Shown: positions 54,644-61,338 of the stretch, one piece after another
Numbering within the stretch: the stretch's first letter is position 1
Layout: each line of letters starts with the position of its first letter
DNA from: Candidatus Tayloriibacteriota bacterium
Lineage (GTDB): Bacteria > Patescibacteriota > Minisyncoccia > Phycocordibacterales > PALSA-1337
Length of the DNA: 64,000 nucleotides
Direction: 5' to 3'
NCBI GenBank assembly: GCA_028286665.1
Contig: JAQBRD010000026.1
Span: 7,967 to 71,966, forward strand
Translations under genes and position numbers: made by a program
Notes under the pieces: model-generated
What the model saw: only the letters and a program-made list of their open reading frames with translations
What the model was told of the DNA's origin: nothing
The model's database searches: none

Positions 54644-54859
54644 TTGGCTAAAAGCAACCAAAACACAGCATACGGAGTCGTAACAGAAGCATTGCCGGAT
54701 ACACTCTTCCGAGTGAAACTCGATGGCAAAGATGATGTTGTGCTTGCATATCTTGCGGGCAAGATGCGCATGCATCGGATCAGAGTGCTTCTTGGAGACA
54801 AAGTCGAGCTCGAGCTCGACCCGTACGGAGGCCGCGCGCGCATTACGAAGCGTTTGTAA
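54644..54859 (+). CDS. infA: Translation initiation factor IF-1 (TTG start).
   Basis: AKSNQNTAYGVVTEALPDTLFRVKLDGKDDVVLAYLAGKMRMHRIRVLLGDKVELELDPYGGRARITKRL is the S1-like IF-1 fold with conserved residues. Confidence 0.9.
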   Translation: MAKSNQNTAYGVVTEALPDTLFRVKLDGKDDVVLAYLAGKMRMHRIRVLLGDKVELELDPYGGRARITKRL

Positions 54860-54876
54860 TCTGTAACTAATTCATC

Positions 54877-54993
54877 ATGAAAGTAAAAGCATCAGTAAAA
54901 AAAATCTGTCCTAAGTGCAGCGTCGTCCGACGCAAGGGGTATGTTTATATTATCTGCAAGGCGAACCCTCGCCACAAGCAGCGACAGGGTTAA
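54877..54993 (+). CDS. rpmJ: 50S ribosomal protein L36. Unannotated and below the track's size cutoff.
   Basis: [38 protein letters not shown], with the canonical L36 zinc-ribbon C-x2-C...C...H. Confidence 0.85.
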   Translation: MKVKASVKKICPKCSVVRRKGYVYIICKANPRHKQRQG

Positions 54994-55024
54994 TAGTTTT
55001 TCAATATCACATTAATACAATCAC

Positions 55025-55405
55025 ATGCGTATCCTCGGTATAACAATTCCAGACAATAAGCGACTCGAGATTGCCCTCACGGCACTTTACGGCATCGGCA
55101 CCTCGCGCGCGCTTCATATTTTGAAGACGGCTAATGTCGATCCAAAGATCATGGCGAAGGACGTGACCGTCGATCAGGAGAACACGATCCGAAAGATCAT
55201 CGAAGGCTTCCGAATCGAAGGAGATCTCAAGCGAGAGGTCGCAGCCAACATCAAGCGGCTCAAGGATATCAAGTCATACCGAGGCAGCCGACATGCACGA
55301 CGCCTTCCAGCCCGAGGACAGCGGACAAAGACAAATTCCCGAACCATCCGCGGCAACGTGCGAAAGACCATGGGATCCGGCCGAAAGAAGGAAGAAAAGA
55401 AGTAA
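55025..55405 (+). CDS. rpsM: 30S ribosomal protein S13.
   Basis: MRILGITIPDNKRLEIALTALYGIGTSRALHIL...KRLKDIKSYRGSRHARRLPARGQRTKTN. Confidence 0.9.
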   Translation: MRILGITIPDNKRLEIALTALYGIGTSRALHILKTANVDPKIMAKDVTVDQENTIRKIIEGFRIEGDLKREVAANIKRLKDIKSYRGSRHARRLPARGQRTKTNSRTIRGNVRKTMGSGRKKEEKK

Positions 55406-55432
55406 TCACCCAAATAACGCACACATAATCAC

Positions 55433-55867
55433 ATGGCAAAGAAAGAAACCGTCACAAAGAAAAGCACCGAGAAGAAGGAGGCTCCGAAAGCAGCCGCTCC
55501 TTCAGCTGTCTCAAAGAAGCGATTCGACTTCGGCGTATTGTATGTCCAGTCCACATATAACAACACCAAGGTCCTCCTTACTGATAAGGATGGCAACGCG
55601 CTCATGGCTTCATCTGCCGGAGCTCTCGGTTTCAAGGGTGCAAAGAAGGGAACTCCATTCGCTGCCGCGAAGGTAGGCGAGACCCTCGCCATGAAGGCCC
55701 AGCCCCTCGGTCTCAAGGAGATTGCCGTTGTCGTCAAGGGTACAGGATCAGGTCGCGAATCAGCTATTCGCGGCTTTGTTTCGAAAGGAATCATCATTAG
55801 CAGCATCAAGGACGTAACTCCTGTCCCATTCAACGGCCCGAAGCCGAAGAAGCCGCGACGAGTATAA
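55433..55867 (+). CDS. rpsK: 30S ribosomal protein S11.
   Basis: VLYVQSTYNNTKVLLTDKDGNALMASSAGALGFKGAKKGTPFAA...VVVKGTGSGRESAIRG. Confidence 0.9.
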   Translation: MAKKETVTKKSTEKKEAPKAAAPSAVSKKRFDFGVLYVQSTYNNTKVLLTDKDGNALMASSAGALGFKGAKKGTPFAAAKVGETLAMKAQPLGLKEIAVVVKGTGSGRESAIRGFVSKGIIISSIKDVTPVPFNGPKPKKPRRV

Positions 55868-55899
55868 GCAGCCTTCATTATTTTCAAATATTTAAACTT

Positions 55900-56511
55900 A
55901 TGATTATTGGACCACGATACAAAATTGCCCGACGACTTGGAGTGCCTGTGTTCGAAAAGACACAGACGCAGAAGTTCGCTATGCGATCAGCAGCTCGCGA
56001 TGGAGGCAAAGGAAAAGGCCGACCAAAGGCGAAGAGCGATTTCGGTCTCGGCTTGCTCGAGAAGCAGAAGGCTCGATACAGCTACGGCATCACGTCGAAG
56101 CAATTTTCGAACTACGTAGCCAAGGCTATCGAAAAGAAGGGCAACTCAGCAGAAATGCTCGTCCGACTTCTCGAATCTCGACTTGATAATGTCGCTCTCC
56201 GAGCTGGCTTTGCGACTACTCGAGCTGCAGCGCGGCAGATGGTATCGCATGGACACCTCACCGTGAACGGCAAGCGCGTCACTATTCCTTCATATGCTGT
56301 CTCAGTAGGCGATGTCATCGCTATTCGAGAAACAAGCAAGAAGAAGGCCCTTTTCGCTACCCTCGATGAACGATTGAAGGCAGTGAAGATTCCTGCATGG
56401 CTGAAAGCTGATTTCGACAAGAAAGCGGTAACGATCGATGGTCTCCCGTTCGCTCCAACTACGGAACTGATGTTCAATCCCGGGTCTGTCCTCGAGTTCT
56501 ATAGCCGTTAA
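55900..56511 (+). CDS. rpsD: 30S ribosomal protein S4 (form without the N-terminal zinc finger).
   Basis: S4 RNA-binding domain LESRLDNVALRAGFATTRAAARQMVSHGHLTVNGKRVTIPSYAVSVGDVIAIRE. Confidence 0.85.
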   Translation: MIIGPRYKIARRLGVPVFEKTQTQKFAMRSAARDGGKGKGRPKAKSDFGLGLLEKQKARYSYGITSKQFSNYVAKAIEKKGNSAEMLVRLLESRLDNVALRAGFATTRAAARQMVSHGHLTVNGKRVTIPSYAVSVGDVIAIRETSKKKALFATLDERLKAVKIPAWLKADFDKKAVTIDGLPFAPTTELMFNPGSVLEFYSR

Positions 56512-56540
56512 TTATTAGTAATCATTTTAATACAAAAAAT

Positions 56541-57518
56541 ATGTCGAACTTCAACGTTGTATTGCCATCAAAGCCAAAGATCGTCCGAGAGGAGGGTATG
56601 AGCGGTGTGTATGAAATCGACGGACTCTATCCAGGATACGGACACACGCTTGGAAACTCGCTCCGACGAATCATCCTCTCATCGCTTCCTGGCGCAGCTG
56701 TCAGCAAGGTGAAGATCAAGGGCGTAGAGCATGAATTCTCATCGATCGACGGCGTGAAGGAAGACGTCATCGCCATCCTCCTCAACCTCAAGCGACTCCG
56801 CGTGCGAGTCGCAGGTGATGAGCCACAGGTCATCACCATCAAGGCGAAGGGCATCAAGTCCATCAAGGCGAAGGATATCGATGCTCCGTCTCAGGTTGAG
56901 ATCCTCAACGCAGAGCTCCATATCGCTGAGCTCACCGACAAGAACGCAGAGCTCGACATGGAGATCACCGTCGTGAAAGGCCTCGGCTACGTTGCCAAGG
57001 AGGTCCTCGAGAAGGAGCGAATCGACATCGGCACCATCTCTCTCGATGCGACATTCACTCCGATCCGAAAGGTGAACTACGAAGTCGAGAATATGCGAAT
57101 CGGCGACCGAACTGACTTCAACCGCCTCCGCATCACTATCGAGACAGACGGCACGCTTACGCCGAACCAGGCTCTCGAGAACTCGATCGGCATCATGATC
57201 AGCCAGCTCAAGGCGATCGTCGGCTTCAAGGAAGAAGAAGCTCCTGAAGCGAAGAAGTCCGAAGAATCAGAAGGCTCAGAAGACGCTGGCTCAGAAGACA
57301 CTTCAAAGGAACCTGATGCTGATCTCTTGAAGACTCGCATCGACACCATCGGACTCTCTCCTCGAACCGTCAAGGCGCTCACTGCAGCGAACATCCGAAC
57401 TATCGGAGGCCTTGCGCGAAAGAAGGAAGATGATATCCTCGATGTCGAAGGCCTCGGCACCAAGGGCATCCAAGAGATCAAGAAAGTGCTTTCGACTTAT
57501 GGCATTTCATTGAAGTAA
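56541..57518 (+). CDS. rpoA: DNA-directed RNA polymerase subunit alpha.
   Basis: NTD EEGMSGVYEIDGLYPGYGHTLGNSLRRIILSSLPGAAV and CTD LSPRTVKALTAANIRTIGGLARKKEDDILDVEGLGTKGIQEI. Confidence 0.9.
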   Translation: MSNFNVVLPSKPKIVREEGMSGVYEIDGLYPGYGHTLGNSLRRIILSSLPGAAVSKVKIKGVEHEFSSIDGVKEDVIAILLNLKRLRVRVAGDEPQVITIKAKGIKSIKAKDIDAPSQVEILNAELHIAELTDKNAELDMEITVVKGLGYVAKEVLEKERIDIGTISLDATFTPIRKVNYEVENMRIGDRTDFNRLRITIETDGTLTPNQALENSIGIMISQLKAIVGFKEEEAPEAKKSEESEGSEDAGSEDTSKEPDADLLKTRIDTIGLSPRTVKALTAANIRTIGGLARKKEDDILDVEGLGTKGIQEIKKVLSTYGISLK

Positions 57519-57539
57519 CATTTATTAATCACCACCACC

Positions 57540-57890
57540 ATGCGACACCATTCATCAATCAGAAAGTTCGGACGAGAGAAGGACCAGCGCAATGCGCTCA
57601 TGAAGTCTCTTGCACGAAACCTCGTTCTGCACGAGCAGATCATCACGACGCTTCCTAAGGCGAAGTCTCTTCGCCCTATCATCGAGAAGCTCATAACCAA
57701 GGCGAAGACAGGAACGCTCGCGTCGCGACGACTCGTGAATGCGCGCATCGGCGGTGAGAAGGAGACGAAGATCCTTTTCGATACGATTGCTCCGAAGTAC
57801 GCTACTCGAAACGGCGGCTATACCCGGATCGTGAAGCTTCCTCGACGACAGCTCGACGCAGCGCCTATGGCTGTTATTCAGTTCGTATAA
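57540..57890 (+). CDS. rplQ: 50S ribosomal protein L17.
   Basis: MRHHSSIRKFGREKDQRNALMKSLARNLVLHEQIITTLPKAKSLRPIIEKLITKAK. Confidence 0.9.
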   Translation: MRHHSSIRKFGREKDQRNALMKSLARNLVLHEQIITTLPKAKSLRPIIEKLITKAKTGTLASRRLVNARIGGEKETKILFDTIAPKYATRNGGYTRIVKLPRRQLDAAPMAVIQFV

Positions 57891-57907
57891 TCCATAACAG
57901 CACCTTT

Positions 57908-58276
57908 ATGAAACCAACAACAATTACAGGAAATACCGTGACGATCGACGCGACAGGAAAGCGCCTCGGCCGAGTCGCAAGCGAAGCGGCTTCACACCTC
58001 CTCGGAAAGAAGTCTCCGACATTCGCGCGAAACGAAGTCGCTGACGTCAAGGTCCGCATCGTGAACTGCGCGCAGGCGTACATCGATACGAAGAAGAAGG
58101 CGGACAAGGAATACGTTACTTTCACCGGATTCCGCGGCGGCCTCAACACCGAGTCTCTCTCAGCGCTCATCGCGCGAAAGGGAATCTGCGAGCCTTTCCA
58201 GCGCGCAGTCTACCGAATGATCCCTGGAAACTCCCTTCGAAAGAAGCGAATGATGAATTTAACTATTAGCGAATAA
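57908..58276 (+). CDS. rplM: 50S ribosomal protein L13.
   Basis: VTIDATGKRLGRVASEAASHLLGKKSPTFA is the L13 signature region. Confidence 0.9.
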   Translation: MKPTTITGNTVTIDATGKRLGRVASEAASHLLGKKSPTFARNEVADVKVRIVNCAQAYIDTKKKADKEYVTFTGFRGGLNTESLSALIARKGICEPFQRAVYRMIPGNSLRKKRMMNLTISE

Positions 58277-58277
58277 T

Positions 58278-58700
58278 ATGATGACACCTACAAAAACCAC
58301 AGCGACAGGAGAGCGATACATCGAAGCGGTCGGCCGACGAAAGACGGCTATCGCCCGAGTCCGGATCACTCCTGCGACGAAGACCACCTACTCCGTCAAC
58401 GGAAAGGACCTTCCTGAATATTTCACGATCAAGGAGCAGGCAATCACAGCTGCAGAAGCTCTTGCAACATCAAAGATCGCTGCGAAGTTCAAGATCTCAG
58501 TCGTCCTCAAGGGCGGCGGCATGAATGCCCAGGCAGACGCGATGCGACACGGCATGGCGCGAGCGATCATCGAATACGATAAGGAGCTCCGAGGCGTATT
58601 GAAGAAGGCAGGCCTTCTCAAGCGAGACCCTCGAGCCAAGGAACGACGAAAGTTCGGTCTCCGAAAGGCGCGAAAGGCTCCTCAGTGGTCGAAACGATAA
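58278..58700 (+). CDS. rpsI: 30S ribosomal protein S9.
   Basis: AVGRRKTAIARVRI...GGGMNAQADAMRHGMARAI...KKAGLLKRDPRAKERRKFGLRKARKAPQWSKR. Confidence 0.9.
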   Translation: MMTPTKTTATGERYIEAVGRRKTAIARVRITPATKTTYSVNGKDLPEYFTIKEQAITAAEALATSKIAAKFKISVVLKGGGMNAQADAMRHGMARAIIEYDKELRGVLKKAGLLKRDPRAKERRKFGLRKARKAPQWSKR

Positions 58701-58737
58701 AACAAAAAACCCGCTCAATGCGGGTTTTTTGTTTTAT
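58697..58737. terminator. Strong bidirectional rho-independent terminator after rpsI.
   Basis: ataaaacaaaaaacccgc tcaat gcgggttttttgttttat is a perfect palindrome with a GC stem flanked by A- and T-tracts. Confidence 0.7.
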
Positions 58738-58989
58738 CGTTTTGACGGCCGGAGCGTAGCCGCTATGCTGCGAAGCAGCTGCGGCAAGCGAGGCGGGGTC
58801 GCGCAAAATCTGCGGAGCAGATTTATGCGTGACCAAGCGATAATCCTTCGCTCGAAGGAAATAAAAGAAAAAGCACCCTTGCAGGTGTTTTTTCTTTTGC
58901 TTGCCGGAAATTGCTTTATATCAATATATATGTTATAGTATTCACATTGGAATTGGCTCTTTGAGACGATTCAGAAAGGAAAAGGTTAT

Positions 58990-59487
58990 ATGAAAGTAGA
59001 ATGTATAACCCCCAAAAACACCAGCTTGCTCATTCAGGCAAGACAGAAGGTCAATCCTGACGAAGGCAAAACTCAAGAGGAGTTCGCTGCAGAGGCAGAG
59101 AAATACGCGATCGCAGGAGATAGAAAGGCGTTCGTCATGCTCGGAAATTCTGGCGTGATCGGATACATTCTCGTCCTTGCTATCGGGGCCGTCCCTGAGG
59201 CGATCCCCGATGGGAAGCACTTCTCAAGCTATGCGCATATTTCGAAGATCGGAGTCGATCAGGCCTTTCGAAGGAAGGGCGTCGGCAAAATACTTCTCGT
59301 GCACGCAGAGGCTTGGGCAAAAGCGAGGTCGATGAAAGGCATCTGGCTGGACTATCTCCCTGAAACCGAAGGCTTGGCGGAATTCTATTCCAATGCCGAG
59401 TATCGTAAGATCCTCGATTTCGAGGATGCAAAAAAGGGGAAGGTTAAGCTCCGGAGGATAGCCGCGAAAGGCTTCAAAACTGAATGA
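58990..59487 (+). CDS. GNAT-family N-acetyltransferase.
   Basis: Acetyl-CoA motif A IGVDQAFRRKGVGKILL in a 165-aa protein. Confidence 0.65.
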   Translation: MKVECITPKNTSLLIQARQKVNPDEGKTQEEFAAEAEKYAIAGDRKAFVMLGNSGVIGYILVLAIGAVPEAIPDGKHFSSYAHISKIGVDQAFRRKGVGKILLVHAEAWAKARSMKGIWLDYLPETEGLAEFYSNAEYRKILDFEDAKKGKVKLRRIAAKGFKTE

Positions 59488-59496
59488 ACAAGCGCT

Positions 59497-59530
59497 AAGC
59501 CGCCTGAACCAACAGGCGGCTTTGTTATTG
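59497..59530 (+). terminator. Intrinsic terminator after the GNAT gene.
   Basis: Stem aagccgcctg / caggcggctt with loop aaccaa, followed by tttgttattg. Confidence 0.5.
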
Positions 59531-59562
59531 CGCTCTGCCGCGATACCGATTAGAATGATCGC

Positions 59563-60192
59563 ATGTTCATCACCCAATTGGTTACTATCGCCGTCGTCCA
59601 TCTGCTCGCCGTCATGACCCCGGGTCCAGACTTCGCGATGGTGACACGCAACAGCCTCATCTATTCACGCAGGATCGGCGTCTGTACGTCTTTCGGAATA
59701 GCGCTCGGCATTCTCGTTCATACAGCGTACTCGCTTCTCGGCATCGGCCTTCTCATCTCGAAGTCAATCGTTCTTTTCAACGTCATCAAATTCGTCGGCG
59801 CAGGATACCTCATATACATCGGCTGGAAATCGTTGCGAGCAAAGCCTCAGTCTGCCGATAGTTCAGCCGAACTCCAGAAAGAGAAGCAGATATCTGTCGC
59901 TGCAGCCATCAAGACCGGCTTCCTGACCAATGTGCTGAACCCGAAAGCAACCCTATTCTTCCTCGCGCTCTTCACGCAGGTGATCGATCCTGCCACTCCG
60001 AAACTGATTCAGTCATTCTACGGTTTCGAGATGATGGTCATCACGTTCGCATGGTTCGGCTTCCTCTCGATCGTCTTCTCCAACAGCATTATCAAGACGA
60101 AAATCACGCGATTCCAGCATCGTATCGAACAGATGACCGGCGTCGTGCTCCTCGCGCTCGGCATCAAGGTCGCGCTTTCCAGCCATAAATAA
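59563..60192 (+). CDS. LysE/RhtB-family amino-acid exporter.
   Basis: LysE-type signature LAVMTPGPDFAMVTRNSL plus six TM helices in 209 aa. Confidence 0.75.
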   Translation: MFITQLVTIAVVHLLAVMTPGPDFAMVTRNSLIYSRRIGVCTSFGIALGILVHTAYSLLGIGLLISKSIVLFNVIKFVGAGYLIYIGWKSLRAKPQSADSSAELQKEKQISVAAAIKTGFLTNVLNPKATLFFLALFTQVIDPATPKLIQSFYGFEMMVITFAWFGFLSIVFSNSIIKTKITRFQHRIEQMTGVVLLALGIKVALSSHK

Positions 60193-60266
60193 AAGATAAA
60201 GTTCTTCTTGCAATCGGCGCATGTCAAGAATTGCAAAAACTTCTTGCTCCAGTATACTAAGAACAT

Positions 60267-60911
60267 ATGGCAAATACCTCAGACGAAAACAACAAAAATA
60301 CAGATGGGAATTCGGCAGGCCCGCTCGAGAATGTCGCAGACGAATCGCTTCAGGATGCGGATATTTCCTATGAATCTGGCGCGGATGCGGATCTCGACGA
60401 CAGCGTCGTGACCGAGGAGACTCTGCAGGAAACTGTCAAGAAACTCCGTGAGAAATTGAAGAAGGTGAGTGCAGAGAAGCAGGAATATCTCACCGGCTGG
60501 CAGAAGGACAAGGCAGAATTCCTCAATGCCCGCAAGCGCGACAAGGAAGCGAATGAGCAATTCATAAAGTTCGCAAATGAGAACCTCATCAACGAATTCA
60601 TTCCGGTGCTCGATAGCTTCAATATGGCAATGGGCAACAAGGAAGCCTGGGACAAAGTTGAGAAGAATTGGCGAGTCGGCGTCGAATACATCTTCGGCCA
60701 GCTGAAGAAGGTGCTTGAGGAAAATGGATTGAAGGAAGTCGATCCGATCGGCCTGAAATTCGATCCGATGCGCGACGAGGCGATCAGCTTCGAGCCTGTC
60801 GACGATCCTGCAAAGGACCAGACCGTCACTACGGTCATCCAGAAGGGCTACATGCTCAACGGCAAGGCGCTCAAGGCGCCGAAGGTGAAGGTCGGAGAGT
60901 TCAAGAAATAG
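60267..60911 (+). CDS. grpE: Nucleotide exchange factor GrpE.
   Basis: Acidic N-terminus, coiled coil, GrpE core FIPVLDSFNMAM and C-terminal beta-domain VTTVIQKGYMLNGKALKAPKVKVGE. Confidence 0.85.
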   Translation: MANTSDENNKNTDGNSAGPLENVADESLQDADISYESGADADLDDSVVTEETLQETVKKLREKLKKVSAEKQEYLTGWQKDKAEFLNARKRDKEANEQFIKFANENLINEFIPVLDSFNMAMGNKEAWDKVEKNWRVGVEYIFGQLKKVLEENGLKEVDPIGLKFDPMRDEAISFEPVDDPAKDQTVTTVIQKGYMLNGKALKAPKVKVGEFKK

Positions 60912-60969
60912 CAAATATCCGGTGTGATATGATTGTAAGTGCTAGCAGCTCGGTTGCTATTAATCAAAT

Positions 60970-61338
60970 ATGCATCAAATAAATCAAGCTTTTAAAAGCA
61001 CTATAATCGGACTTATTCCGTCTCTCGCATTATCAACCTTCGTTATATTGCTCCTCTTCACTCAGGTTTCTGGAGACGGATATTGGATGATACCCGTACT
61101 TATTATTTCACCCGTAGCAATTTTGTTTCTGTCCTTTCTCGTCGGGCATTTCATTCTTAGCTTGAAAAGTATTTCTATCCAGGTAATAACCTTTCTGGCT
61201 ATCTCGTTAGTGGCCATAAGTTTGGCATATTTCTTCGGAACGAATTGTGAATTTCAACAAACCTTCGGAGGGCGCTGCAAGCTTCTTGAGAAACCACAAA
61301 GCGTAAACATGCAATTGAAATTTCCTCAGATACAATAA
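60970..61338 (+). CDS. Four-TM small membrane protein, hypothetical (AT-rich). Its stop overlaps the helicase ATG (TAATG).
   Basis: 122 aa with hydrophobic helices. The stop at 61336..61338 overlaps the ATG at 61338..61340. Confidence 0.35.
   Translation: MHQINQAFKSTIIGLIPSLALSTFVILLLFTQVSGDGYWMIPVLIISPVAILFLSFLVGHFILSLKSISIQVITFLAISLVAISLAYFFGTNCEFQQTFGGRCKLLEKPQSVNMQLKFPQIQ

Noticed and set aside
58767-58779. Possible SRP RNA domain IV (GAAGCAGC) in the spacer after rpsI.
   Set aside because: Only an 8-nt core match. The flanking CAGG/GGAA tetraloop helix and the symmetric loop consensus are missing.
60193-60266. Searched upstream of grpE for a CIRCE/HrcA operator (TTAGCACTC-N9-GAGTGCTAA).
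   Set aside because: Only a loose ttgcaat...attgcaa inverted repeat is present, with no CIRCE consensus. No hrcA gene is adjacent.
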